Assembly: GCA_001687465.1 (NCBI GenBank)
Contig: LVLI01000214.1
Coordinates: 186,001 to 227,032 of the forward strand
Length of the DNA: 41,032 nt
Source of the DNA: Halocafeteria seosinensis
Lineage: Eukaryota
Direction of reading: 5' to 3'
Shown: positions 10,979-22,727 of the stretch, one piece after another
Position numbering within the stretch: position 1 is the stretch's first letter
Layout: the number at the start of each line of letters is the position of its first letter
Notes under the pieces: model-generated
Seen by the model: the letters and a program-made list of their open reading frames with translations, nothing else
What the model was told of the DNA's origin: nothing
Databases searched by the model: none
Translations under genes and position numbers: made by a program

Positions 10979-13900
10979 TCAGCTGAAGACCGCGATGTGC
11001 TACGTCCCCAATATTTGTGATTGACATCTTTTTTCTTGCTAACGCTAAACTGGGGGGAAGTAGGTTTCTTCAGCTTGCCCTTTGCGGATGAGCTCCTCTT
11101 TTTCACAGCCTTCGGGGAGCGCTTCATTTCCGTGGAGACCGTGGTTCGTCTCAACGAGCGTGACGGACTGCTACGCCCTCTCTGCTTCGCTTGAGCGCTT
11201 CTCCCTGTGTGCTTTTCTTCAGCAGCGGCCAACCTTGCATTGGAGTCTTCATTTGTGCGCCTAATCGGCAACCAGTCATCAAGATCTAACTGATGTTGCT
11301 GTTGATCTTGGTTGCGCTTCGCCAAACCAAAGGAAACAGCTTTTGTTCCCCCGGATCCACCTTGCTGGTTCCAATTGGAGGTACCAATGTAATCCGCTAG
11401 TCTTTCCTTAGCACGCTGGACGTAAGAATCGACGCTACTCGCACTGGTATTCAAGGAGGGTGGTTCTCCGGGACTGGGAGATGCATCCAGAGAGCCCCCT
11501 TTCGTACCATCCCATCCAAAGGTGTTACCAGAGCTAGATCCTTTTTGATAAATTGGTCCAGAAGAACCAGCGAGGCGCCCAACCCCTGTTTTTTCTCTTT
11601 CGGGAGACGTGTCTGAGACAGTGGAGTAAGTTCTGTGGGATTCAGTGTCTGGTATATCGTGCCGGGATTCTTGGTACTGCTGACCGGAACTGTCCTGATG
11701 CTGGGCAGTATGGGTTGTTTTCGAGAGAGCCTGTTCGATAGCCTGCTTTGCGTAGCCAAGCGTACCATCGGTAGCTACTCCACTACTGCTGTGACCCTTG
11801 TTTTGATGGTACCAAGTTCGGCCAGGTTTCTGGTCGGCTCGAAGGGGACCGGTCCAGGACGATTGCATGCTGTAACCAGTGTCAGTATTTCGCCCCACGT
11901 TACGCACAGCGTTATTCTCACCAGAATTATCCCTGAATTGGCGGTCATATTGGACCGAGTGCCTTCTCTCAGCACTCTTCGATTGTGGGGAATCTTTTTG
12001 TTGAGGATGCGAGTGGAGTCTGGATATGAGTTCTTCATTTGCTTTATACAGCTTTTGGCACATTTCATACCAACTAGAGTCTGTTCGATTCAAGTCAGAC
12101 TGACTGTAGTTATAGCTCTGAGCGTGGTCATTCGACATTTTAACACTGCCCTCTTCACGGGATTCATCAGCGAAGGCGGTGGCCGAAGTCAGCGAGCGAG
12201 CGATCCCCAGTCGTTCTTTCAGTTCCTTTTCACGTTGCTCCGCCATCTTAGTTTTCTTCCTCAACTGAACTACCTCTTTAGCAACCTTTGCAAGTTTTGT
12301 TTCAGTGTTTGAATGCTCGTGAATAAGCACGTCGTATCTTTTGTTCATCTTTTTCAAAGTGTCTTCAAACTTGTTCACGAGTTCGTGGTCAACAGACTTG
12401 GAAGTGGCGGGATACTGCCGCGACGGTGTGCGATATCCTTCGGAATCACTGTCGGGGGAAAATGGTTCGTGCCGCAGACCCCCACGTCGGTCCTGCACAT
12501 TTATTTCGGCTGCCTCCTTGGGGAGAAATTCACTCTCCCCGCTTTCAAGAGCCTCCATCATTTGCTCAAGCTCTTTCTCAGCTTGGCGTCGCAGCTGCGT
12601 CCATTCTGCTCGTTTTGTTGCTATCTCTTGATTGATATGATCTTGGATGTTGTTCTTCCGAGACTCAAGTCGAGAATTCATCTTTTCGTATTCGTCCTGT
12701 TGAGCCTTTGCAATGGCTTCCTCGCGCTCTTTTTCGAAAGACTCACGTAGTCTTTGCTCTCGTCTTTCAAATTCTTCCGCTATTTCTTCTTTGGTCTTTG
12801 TTACAGCCTCATCTTTTGCCTCGTTATGCTCGCGCATAATTTCTGCAATTCTATTGGCTCGCTCTTCTTCCATAGAGGCAGTTAGTGAAGCGACAGTGGC
12901 GGCAACATTTCCCGAATTAGAATCACGAAGTTTTTCGATTTCTTGCTGAGTAGCTGCCTCCGCCTCTTTTCTCACTTTCGCAAAAATTTCTCGTTCCTCC
13001 TCTGCTAGCTTTTCTTGTTCTTGCTCCAGAGTTCTCGCCATCTCCTGCTGTAGCTTGTTCTGTAGCTCTTCGACTTTCGATTGTCGTTGCCCTTCGTGTT
13101 CGGCGCGTATTTTTCTAAGCATTTGGCGCTCTTCAGTTTCCATCTCTCGGCGCAATTTCTTCTCAGTGTCAGCAACCTCCTTTTCGTATTGCTTTAATGC
13201 ATTGTCAGCCTTCCTTTGCATATTTCGCTGATGGTCATCTTGAAGTCGTCGTTCCAAGTCCGCTATCGCGTTGTGATGTTCATTTTGCAAAGTTTCCTCC
13301 ATATCTTCCAATTTTTGTTCGTGCTCTTGTTTAAGTTTCCTTTCATACTCTTCGCGCTCTTTAAACAGTCTATTGCCATAGTCTTCCCGAAGTTGTTTAA
13401 GCTTCTCCTCTGTTTCTTTTTCCTTGATCTCTTGCAGATATTCTCTATACTCACGTTCCTGTGAATCCATATTATCAATTAATTCTCGTATTTGCTCATC
13501 CATTTGACCCTCTGTCCTCTCGCAAAGTTCTTTCCTTTCCGCTTGGTATCCTTGTTCGATTGCTTCCGCCGAGCTATGTATGAATTTTTCCAGTTCTCCT
13601 TTCATTTGTGACTCTAAATGCTGGAAATGTCTGTCATTCTCCTCTTCGAGCTGATCTTCCAGATCTTGCACAAGATTATGAGCTCTCTCAACTGTTTCTA
13701 TTGCGAGCCGAGCGAACCCGTCTCCACTCTTGGCAACATTCTCCGCCTCAATCTCTTGCAGCCTTCTCTCCATATCCTCATGCACGAGACGAGTCAGCTT
13801 TGAGCGGGTCTGTTGCACAAGTCCCTCAACATCCTCTCCTATTGAGTTCGCTGAATGGCCAAGGTTCTTCGTGACACTTTGTTGAAATTGTGTTTTAGCA

Positions 13901-14445
13901 GATGAAACGCCTTCCCCTGCGCCCTCAAATGTCACCTCCTCTCCTTTTGTGACCGCTTGCTTTGCAGTCTTAATGTTTTGGCCGTGCTTCCTTTCTAACG
14001 CACGCACCTGTCGAGCCGGTTCCTTTGGCAATTTCTCCTGTGCCTTCGTACTTCCAGACGACTTTGAAAAAGAAGATCGTCGGGAACTAGGCGCAGACGC
14101 AGGCATTTTCGCTTTCCTTGTCTTCAAACTCTTGGCAGGATCATGTCTGGAGAACTCTGAGAGCCGGTTCCCCAGGTCATCATGTTTCTGTCGTATCTGT
14201 TTCTCGAGGCGCTTCGTTTTCGCTCCCGTAGCGGGAGATGATGAGGATGAAGCCAAATTGCTTGTTTTGGACTCATTGTTCTTCTCTCGTATTTTCTTCA
14301 ATTGTTGCTCGTAGCTCCTGGTCACTTGTGAAATTTGCTGGTAAAGATCACTATCCTCTCCATTCCAGGAACTAGGCTCTCCGTACTGCATCAGTTGCTG
14401 AGCTTTGGAATCCATTTCGTGAGCATACTGTAGCTGATATTGCAA
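10975..14445 (-). CDS. Large coiled-coil protein (>1150 aa) with Ser-rich and basic C-terminus; function unknown
   Basis: 1156-aa ORF with ~500 aa of E/K/Q/R-rich heptad sequence; true start may be in an upstream exon near 14630. Confidence 0.8.
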   Translation of the reverse strand: MQYQLQYAHEMDSKAQQLMQYGEPSSWNGEDSDLYQQISQVTRSYEQQLKKIREKNNESKTSNLASSSSSPATGAKTKRLEKQIRQKHDDLGNRLSEFSRHDPAKSLKTRKAKMPASAPSSRRSSFSKSSGSTKAQEKLPKEPARQVRALERKHGQNIKTAKQAVTKGEEVTFEGAGEGVSSAKTQFQQSVTKNLGHSANSIGEDVEGLVQQTRSKLTRLVHEDMERRLQEIEAENVAKSGDGFARLAIETVERAHNLVQDLEDQLEEENDRHFQHLESQMKGELEKFIHSSAEAIEQGYQAERKELCERTEGQMDEQIRELIDNMDSQEREYREYLQEIKEKETEEKLKQLREDYGNRLFKEREEYERKLKQEHEQKLEDMEETLQNEHHNAIADLERRLQDDHQRNMQRKADNALKQYEKEVADTEKKLRREMETEERQMLRKIRAEHEGQRQSKVEELQNKLQQEMARTLEQEQEKLAEEEREIFAKVRKEAEAATQQEIEKLRDSNSGNVAATVASLTASMEEERANRIAEIMREHNEAKDEAVTKTKEEIAEEFERREQRLRESFEKEREEAIAKAQQDEYEKMNSRLESRKNNIQDHINQEIATKRAEWTQLRRQAEKELEQMMEALESGESEFLPKEAAEINVQDRRGGLRHEPFSPDSDSEGYRTPSRQYPATSKSVDHELVNKFEDTLKKMNKRYDVLIHEHSNTETKLAKVAKEVVQLRKKTKMAEQREKELKERLGIARSLTSATAFADESREEGSVKMSNDHAQSYNYSQSDLNRTDSSWYEMCQKLYKANEELISRLHSHPQQKDSPQSKSAERRHSVQYDRQFRDNSGENNAVRNVGRNTDTGYSMQSSWTGPLRADQKPGRTWYHQNKGHSSSGVATDGTLGYAKQAIEQALSKTTHTAQHQDSSGQQYQESRHDIPDTESHRTYSTVSDTSPEREKTGVGRLAGSSGPIYQKGSSSGNTFGWDGTKGGSLDASPSPGEPPSLNTSASSVDSYVQRAKERLADYIGTSNWNQQGGSGGTKAVSFGLAKRNQDQQQHQLDLDDWLPIRRTNEDSNARLAAAEEKHTGRSAQAKQRGRSSPSRSLRRTTVSTEMKRSPKAVKKRSSSAKGKLKKPTSPQFSVSKKKDVNHKYWGRSTSRSSAD

Positions 14446-14869
14446 AAAGGGGTTGTAAAGCGTCTATACACGAATCCAGCGTACGGGTTGTGAAGGTCCT
14501 TAACGGCAAGGGACGAAGTAGAAGAGCAGTCAATTCCCCAGCTCCTACAGTCCCTACAATACCAGTACAAGTCAACAACACCTTCGACAACAATGCCAGA
14601 AAGCGAGGGTATCTAAACGTCTTTCTGTCATTTTTACTCCGACTACAGCAGCTCCTCGTCGACGACGAGGACTCGATCGGACAACTTCAATGAGCCAGCG
14701 AAATGAGCGAAATGATTGCTCGGAACCATAGGCTGCCAATGAATGATGCCCGAAAGCAGGAAGGACCTGTTATCAATACTGAATGGAATTTGTTCTACGG
14801 TGGGGTGTTCAGTATTCAATCAGGAAACCGAAGTTGTACATTAAAACGGAGACTGCGCAAGGGGAAAAA

Positions 14870-16452
14870 ATGGTACAATCTGTTATCCAGGAAGCCCTGA
14901 AGTCTTCAGACAACTACAAAGATGGCGTGCTGTACCAGAAGAAGGATCTCCCTCCAGTGAAGAATGATTTGATGATTCGGGTCGCTCAGGAAGGCTCTTC
15001 GCGTCCCAACCACTCGAACGTCCTGGGCAGACTCTGGAAGAATTTGGCCCGACCGTGGGTCAGACGGAGTGCCAATTGTGTCGACTCAAAGGGTACACGA
15101 ATGGCACCTGTGTGGGCTATGAGACAAGCTGGGAGGTAAAAGGATGATCGGCGCCAGTCTCCCAGTAACTGTGAAACTGTATACTCTCCCTTCGTTTTTA
15201 ATGCAGGTATCTCCCTGAATTCAGAGAAATGCGGAAACACCATGACTTCTTCCAAGTAGGTGCTGACGTGGTACATCCTCTTTATTTGATACTTAGTCTT
15301 ATTGGAAATATTTTTAGATTTGCAATGACCCTACTCTTGCTTCTGAAGTAACCATTCAACCACTAAATCGTTATCCGGAGTTGGACGCCTTGGTTGTCTT
15401 CTCAGATATTATGGTTACCCCTCAAGTACGTTACCGCCTCCACGAGTTTTTCTGCTCAGTATCCGTATTCGAGCTTTCGTTGGATGCAGGCTGTGGGGTT
15501 GGAATGTGTCATGAATCCAGGTCCAACGTTTCCCAACCCTTTAAAGACTGTGGATGACTTACAACGTGTAGATCTGAAGCCCCCAGCTCGTGAGAAGTTT
15601 AGGCCCCTCGCCGATGCTATCACCATGACAAGGGAACGTATAGATGGCTCAGTCCCAGTTATCGGATTTTGTGGGGCACCTTGGACACTAATGGGATATA
15701 TGATAGAAGGTCGCACGGACAATGCGCTGAAATGGTTATACAATGTACGCTACACTGTGTTCTCTGTGTGAGGCGTTCTGCCATTGTCTAAGGATCTGCC
15801 CATGTTGCAGAATCCGGAAGGGAGTCATACACTACTGTCCGGACTATGTGACGTTCTCATAGCATTGCTACTGTTGGAATATGAAGCAGGAGCTGATATT
15901 TTACAGGTTTTCGAGAGCAGCGCTGTGGAGCTGACTCCCCGCCTCTTTGAGGAGTTTAGTCTCCCATACCTTAGACGCATAGCTCGGGAGATCAGAAAGC
16001 ACACGCCCGCTGTGCAGGAAGGTGGTCCTGTATTGACTGTTTTTGCTAGAGGTGCCCATTATGCATTCGAAGCCTTAGGCGATACGGAGTATAACACTAT
16101 CTCTGTTGATTGGAGCGTGGATCCAATCTCCCCGGTTGATAAGGTAGGATGTAAGACGCTACAAGGTAACCTACACCCTCATGCTTTATACGCTTCTCAC
16201 GAGACTATTCGCGAGAATGTAAGGCATATGATCAGCAGATTTGGTGATCATCCCTTAATTGGGAACTTGGGACATGGAATGCTGAAGGACCTGGATCCAG
16301 AGCACTTTGGAACGTTTATAACTGCCGTGCATGAGGAATCGGCCGCTTACTACGCTGGAGTTGATCGCCGGAAAAAGCTAGTCAAGTGGGCGACATTTCT
16401 CTCAGCAACAGCAGCAGCTACTGCTATATGTTTTTCCTTTAGGAAGCGGTGA
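14870..16452 (+). CDS. UROD: Uroporphyrinogen III decarboxylase with C-terminal hydrophobic tail, multi-exon (start 14783 or 14870)
   Basis: PVWAMRQAGRYLPEF (across intron 15136-15206), FSDI, GP.FPNPL, IGFCGAPWTLMGYMIEG, QVFES, LQGNL.P, NLGHG. Confidence 0.95.
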
Positions 16453-17124
16453 TCCCTATACCCTCGGAAAGAAGCACTACCTAGTACCTTCAGTTTGCAT
16501 CACAATTCTTGTAACAGAGGTGCCGCTTCAGGCGCTTGGTGAATCAAACGGCAATATGCCTTCCCTCAATAGCCCACAAGGTACCAAAAAATGGTAATAT
16601 TATCCAAACTATGACGCACAAGTGGCGTACCTATAGGTGAAGGCTGCAGGAACACACATACCTGTCTTACATGGCTCCCCGTCTGCCAAGTACGACTCTT
16701 CGACCGGTGGCAAGTGGGCGAAATAGCTAGCACTGGTACTGGTTTCCCGTTGCGAATCCCATTATCATCAGATGTTGAATTAGGTAGTCTCGGGTACTGT
16801 GGCCGTCCACATGGGCCCCAGCGTGAACTACACTTGCCATCTTCCCGCAGTATTCTGACCCTGCCAGTAACCATCCAAACCACTCGTTCATTAACGAGGG
16901 ATAAACCTCTGTAGTGCCTGAGCTGGGGTACCACTAGTACTGTATGGCAGGAGAAAACGCAGCGTGACGCTGCCTGCGTCCCGCAGATGCTAGTTGGTGT
17001 TCGTTGTGAAGTTGCGGACTCCTGGAGGATGTTGGTTCAAACTTGTTGGTTTTGTATCTCCTACAATACATTATGCTCTTTTTGCGTGGCTGGAATTTCA
17101 CACCTACATATTGTCCCGAATGAT

Positions 17125-18726
17125 ATGAGTGCTGCAGACATTAGGGAAGTCCTACTTGAGCGTTTCGGGGACAGATTGGACAGCGCCACCTTAGATGATG
17201 AGATCCTTGAATACATCCTGGGTCTCATTTCCCACGAAAATGGGGGATTTTCGGTTACCGAAGATGCTGTGGAAGCATCTCAGCCCCTAATTGAACAGTT
17301 CCTCCTAACTGAAGACTTGACGCGCCAGGAAGTGGAGGAGGTCCTTCTCGAGTTCGTCCGCCGCTTAGAGGAGTGCAGCTCTGTTAAAGAAGCCACTGAT
17401 ACAGCGGCGCATCATGTGGATGAGGGAGACGTCGGAGAGAGTTCGGATGCGGGGGTGGTGAAATCCAAACAAAAACGGAAGAAAGACATACCTCTGTCAT
17501 CATTCTTCAATGAGTACTCTGCAGCAACCTCAGACAGTGCAACCCAAGTGAACGAAAGGGGGGGTTATACAAGTAATTTTCAGTGTAAACTTGCACCGAT
17601 GAAGCCTGTATGTCGCCATTTGCTGGATGGGGGTTGTTTTAGAGCTGATTGTGAGTTCTCCCACGATGTAAGCTATATGCCATGTCGTTTCTGGTTGCAA
17701 GGCACATGTGAAAAGGGGGATGCTTGTCCTTTCTCTCATGAGTTCGATTCCCATAAACACAAGCCAGAGTCGTTGATAGCCTGCAAATTTTACTTCGATA
17801 GTGGATGGTGTAGGAATGGCGACTCCTGTCCCTTCTCTCATGGAGAGACTCGCGTGCCCGCCGAGGATAAACCTACTTTCACGGAAGCCCCTGATAAGCA
17901 CGAGCTAGTACCACAGTCACAACCAAGAGCGGATACTTCGCAACCCTGGAGTCTTAGTGATCGTATGAAGCTGCAGCAGTTGCAAGAAATGTTTCCGGAT
18001 ATTTCTCATTCAGATATCAAGAGATGTTTTCTAGACAACGGAAGAATCATCGATACTGCGCAAGAGGCTATAGTTAACGATTACGGAGTGCATCCCCATT
18101 CCGTAAACAATTATGTAGCAGCACCAAATTCGTCGAGAGCTGGAACAGGCGGCAAGTCTGGTACTGCAGCTTGCCAATCTTCAAAGGTTCAGCAATATAT
18201 TCGGAAGATCCCGTGGGTAGAAACAGGAGGCAACCTCAGCGCGTCATACAAATCGTTCCGGCAAGAAGCAGAAGAACTTGCTCGTGCAAGGTATTCTTAT
18301 TTCAACCGCGCAACCAATGCCTTCAGGAATAACCGAAAAGCAGAAGCAAGGAGACTAGCTGCGGAAGGAAGAAGGTTGGAAAAACAGATCCGGGAAGCGA
18401 ATGCAAAAGCGGCAGCGGAGATTTACGCACAGAGAAATGCAAAACTTGCTGAGCAAACGGATATAAGTGCGATTGATGTGCACGGACTTTTGCCCGAGGA
18501 AGCAATTGAGGCTATAGAGGAGTACCTTTTCCCTGCTCAAGGACATAGCAGTGAACAGAAGTGGGTGTGTATAGTAACAGGTACGGGACATCACTCCAGA
18601 ACCGGCAAAGCGGCGCTTAGGGACGAAGTCGCCAGCTACCTTGAGGAATTACAAGTCCCTTATTTCGAAACAAGCCGCGACGGACGAGGGGGGATGTTCA
18701 TGGTGCAAATGCAGCAGGCATCTTAA
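17125..18726 (+). CDS. CCCH zinc finger / CUE / DUF1771 / Smr domain protein (Cue2/N4BP2-like endonuclease)
   Basis: Three C-x7/8-C-x5-C-x3-H fingers, LQEMFPDI (CUE), helical A..AF...A..LA.EGR (DUF1771), Smr motifs IDVHGL..EEA and IVTGTGHHS. Confidence 0.88.
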   Translation: MSAADIREVLLERFGDRLDSATLDDEILEYILGLISHENGGFSVTEDAVEASQPLIEQFLLTEDLTRQEVEEVLLEFVRRLEECSSVKEATDTAAHHVDEGDVGESSDAGVVKSKQKRKKDIPLSSFFNEYSAATSDSATQVNERGGYTSNFQCKLAPMKPVCRHLLDGGCFRADCEFSHDVSYMPCRFWLQGTCEKGDACPFSHEFDSHKHKPESLIACKFYFDSGWCRNGDSCPFSHGETRVPAEDKPTFTEAPDKHELVPQSQPRADTSQPWSLSDRMKLQQLQEMFPDISHSDIKRCFLDNGRIIDTAQEAIVNDYGVHPHSVNNYVAAPNSSRAGTGGKSGTAACQSSKVQQYIRKIPWVETGGNLSASYKSFRQEAEELARARYSYFNRATNAFRNNRKAEARRLAAEGRRLEKQIREANAKAAAEIYAQRNAKLAEQTDISAIDVHGLLPEEAIEAIEEYLFPAQGHSSEQKWVCIVTGTGHHSRTGKAALRDEVASYLEELQVPYFETSRDGRGGMFMVQMQQAS

Positions 18727-18737
18727 CAGAGCTACTC

Positions 18738-21700
18738 CTATTTATCTTCGTTGGGATCAAACAGCTCTAAGACTGGGGAACCAGGCAATGCACGTCCGGC
18801 GCGTGCGTTTCCGGTAGCCTCGTACGCATCAAGCACGTTCACGTGCTCTACGCCTAAACCCTTGGTTACATAATCAATGTTTTCCTTAAGAAGCGCAATT
18901 TCATCAAAAGGCATTTCGGTTGAAAGAGCTTCCCGGCCGCGCTCAGGAAGTTCTTTGTTGACCTTGCTGCCCACGAATGCCATGATCGTTTTGCTGACGA
19001 AGTTCTTCCAAGCCTTCTTGTCTTTATATCCCATGGTTTGCCGGATGTGCTCTCCCGCTTCTCCAGTAAAGTGTTTGGCCAACTCCGGTAAAATTTTACT
19101 GTCTACAGAGTTTGTTTCGGGATCGTAGTGGTTGCTGAGGAACTGCAATGCCTCGATCTGCCAGTCGGCGAAACGGGGAGCAACGTACAGGTTGGCATGC
19201 ATTTTGGCAGCTTTTTCCCATACAGCGGCCTGCATTTCGCCACTGGAAAGTTCTGTATTCTTGTTCTTGGACTTAGCCCCCAGTTTCCTAAGCATTTCTT
19301 TCTCTATTTGTACGCGCCACACATGGAGGGAGTCTCTAATCCATGATCCTGTTTGGAGGATATGAGCATCGGGAGCGTTTACCTCGGGCCAGACAGCGTG
19401 ATGAACTGTCTTCACCCCGCGCGGACAATCTAGGACGAACCTCCACATGTAGTCAGTCCAGTGCGGACATATTGGAGAGAGCATTACGCACAAGCTTTCC
19501 ATCCATTCGCGTAAGAGATCTTGATGCGGTTGTACCTCTAACTTTTCACATGCATCTCTGTATTCGTCTTTCGCATTCAGCATATCCCAGAAACAAAACT
19601 TAAGCGCCTGCTTAAACTTCATCCTGCAAATCACAACCCTCAGCTAGCTACCCAGTGAAAAGAAGCAAGTTATAACAACCACATACCATCTGTATTCTCG
19701 CTTAGCTTCAACCGCACATGACCTCACTCTGTTCTGAAACACCTTGTCGATGAAACTGAGTTCGCCACCGGAACGATAAGCGCCACTTTTCGCCCCCTCC
19801 ACAAAATTGTTAAAAGTTTCCTCCTCAGTAGTCAGACGTAAGATGGCTCCGTCACCCAGCCCAGTATCGAAGTTGGCATCATCAAGCCCATCGCCCGCGT
19901 CGGCAAGCGCCATTCTAACTCCATCAGCAGTCCACCGATCTACACCATCCGTGATCGTCAAAAAATTCCCAAGGGATTTGGCCATCTTCTGTCCATCGAC
20001 GAGAACATGACCGTTAGTATAAAATGACTGAGGCATGCGATCTTTTCGGCCCTTCCAAATCGCAGCATGATTATACAGGCACATCGTCAGATGATTGTTG
20101 ATGAGATCCTTTCCAGAAACTCTCAAATCGACAGGATACCAGTAACGGAATTCTCTTCGTAGCTTTAACAGCATGTCTTTAGGGATGGTAGTGTCCTTAG
20201 GTTCATCTCCATCCCTGAAAATGAAATCCCAAACCTCGTCTGACAATTGTTCGGGTTTGATGCCCGCTGGACTGTTTCCCTGTCCATCGAGTACTCCACC
20301 TTGCAACAAATGTGCAACAGTGTAGTACGCCATGTAGATGGTGGAGTCGGATAGAGACTCAATGACGAACTGCTCATCCCAAGGGAGGAGTGTGCCCAGT
20401 CCAAAATTACGACTGCACGCCCACTCGTGGAGCCAATCGAGAGTACCAAGGAACATATTTTTAACAGCAGGATTGTACGTCTGGAAGGTGTCACTTTCCA
20501 CATAATCCTGGACCACTTTTTTCCACTGCTCCTCGCCGTACTTCAAATACCACTGATTTAAATGGGCTACAACACATTCGTCACCGCTCCGTGACACGAC
20601 CTCCCGTTCCGGCTCCCAGTACACAACGGCTTCTCCTTCTTCGACCATTTCCCCTTTGACTTGATTTTTCGCTTCAAAAACTTTCTTCCCTTTGCAGGTA
20701 CCCACGAGCATGACGCCTTCGTAGAAACCCTTGAGGTACACCTTCTCTTTAGCCTGACGCAGTTTGTCCTTGTCATTTTGCGATTTGATACCGAGTTCAT
20801 CACACAATTTTACAGCCGGTTGTGACCCGAAACCAGGAATATCGATAATCTCGACAACGTCATACGGATCAACCATATAACTCTCGATGCCGTACTTTTC
20901 TCGCAGCTTCGGCTTTTCTTTTACATCTCTTAATGCCGCATAGTCGTCAGGCGCATCACTAGGTACTGACGTCACAACACCCGTGCCTTTAGACATGCTG
21001 ATCGTCAATAAAGGCAGGGTATAAACACAGTCGTACTTAGCACGTGGAGCCTTTAACCCGATTCCCAAAAGATCTACACCATGAAATTTCTTCATGCACT
21101 CTACTCGTCCATACTCGGGAGACAAGTCTTGATGCGCCATGTTCCAAGCGCTGCGTTCGCTACATACAAATATTGTGTTTGGTTCGTTAGTCTTAAAAGC
21201 CCCATATTCTCCATCCGGGAGCAGAAAGCAGTTGGTTTGGCCATACATTGTTTCCGGTCGAAGAGTTGCAGCTACAAAGTAAACTGTGAACTGGCCTGGT
21301 GATTGCTCGAGGTCGGCTAGACCCCTCGGCAATTTGCCGTCTTCATTTCGCACAACTTTCATCTTGATTAGTGTATACTCTTGAGGAAGAACTCCTTCAC
21401 CGCTTGAACGGTCATGATCGGCACATGCTTGCCCGTCCAGAACGGAGTAGATTGTAGGTCTCTTCCCGTAAGCAATTTTATCTTCCTCCCTCAATTTTCG
21501 AAACTGCCATCGAATAAACGAATCATAATATGGGTTCGCATCCGTGGTAATGAAGCTTCGTCTCCAATCCACTTGCACGCCAAAACGTTTTAAATCTCGT
21601 TGGCCATACGGGGGAAAATACTTCAGCCAATAGTGTGGATCCTGCAATACCCGGAAATGTCAACCACTGCTTCATTCCGTTTAGTCTCAAGGGACAACAT

Positions 21701-22239
21701 ACCTGGAAGTGAGGGAGTTCCTCATCTGGCACACCAAGTCCCTTCAGAATTTGAGTTTGAGTCATCTTCCCAGATTTAGCGGCCACTTTGGCTTTCTTGG
21801 CATGAAACTGTCCTGGTGCTTTATGCTCTGGATCGTTCCCTTCTTTTGATTCTTCCGACTGAGCGTTAGAGCCCTCGTCCCCTGTCTCTAATGCTTTCTC
21901 AGCCTCATCCATCTCGCGTTTTAATTTATTCGCAGCTGCTTGGATCGGCATTCCCGTACAGTGGAAAGCAAATGGAAAGAGAGATTTCTCACCCAAAATA
22001 CGATGGAACCGTGCAGCAAACTCAGCCTTCGTCATAGAGAAAGCATGTCCGAGATGCAGCTTCCCATTCATGTAGGGATAGGGGAATGTTACCAGGAACT
22101 TTGGAGGATTCTCCGATTCGCCTTCTGGTGCATCTTGTTGGTGAAGTCCTTCTTCCTCCCACAACTTCTGCATGGTATCCTGCATGTATGCCAGGCGATC
22201 TCGCCGAGCAAAGCTTTTAGGAGTCGGTGTAGAAGCCAT
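18738..22239 (-). CDS. LARS1: Leucyl-tRNA synthetase, cytosolic (eukaryote/archaeal type); introns 21642-21702 and 19624-19686
   Basis: FPYPYMNGKLHLGH (HIGH), ATLRPETMYGQTN and GTGVVTSVPSDAPDD (CP1 editing domain), SGKDLI.NHL, KMAKS. Confidence 0.97.
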
Positions 22240-22727
22240 CGTTCTCTGACCGAATTGGTGAAAACCAAGAAATACGAAGTTGGTACGATAAACAGCGCCA
22301 ACTCTACAGAAGAATTTCAAAAAAGAAGGAATTCTTCCTCCTCTTCCTTCCACACTGGCGGGTATTGCCGGCAAACTTGTGCGCTACGAACGAAAACGTT
22401 AGTGAATATGCGGTAGCTGTAACTATACTTCATCCGCAAACATTGGCAGTATAGTTAGCCTTGGGACTCCATCGTCGGTGTCGGCCAAAAACTACTGGGG
22501 GCAACAGTCAGGGGAGGGACATGGGACGAGCGCACACACGGCACACCCAAGGCCCGACTCAGAGAATATCAGGAAAGATTGTCCCCTAGTAGTTGAAGTT
22601 GAGGCAACTTACGGGTGCTTGCGCAGACCGGTCTCTACGCTTGGTATAGAAAATCTGTTGCTGGGCATGTGCACCCCATGACTTTGCACTTGCAGAGGCA
22701 ATTACATTCGCTACTAGTTGCTCCAAA

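Noticed and set aside
11082..14314. Many 60-225 aa ORFs antisense to the large coiled-coil gene (and similar ones elsewhere)
   Set aside because: Shadow ORFs produced by codon bias of the real gene; no motifs.
16566..16934. Short ORFs, splice-like signals and a GCAGCG-TGA-CGCTGC hairpin between UROD and the Smr gene
   Set aside because: No coherent spliced gene or recognisable RNA motif could be assembled.
19975..19990. LeuRS KMSKS motif reads KMAKS
   Set aside because: Conservative variant of the class I motif with both lysines intact; not evidence of altered function.
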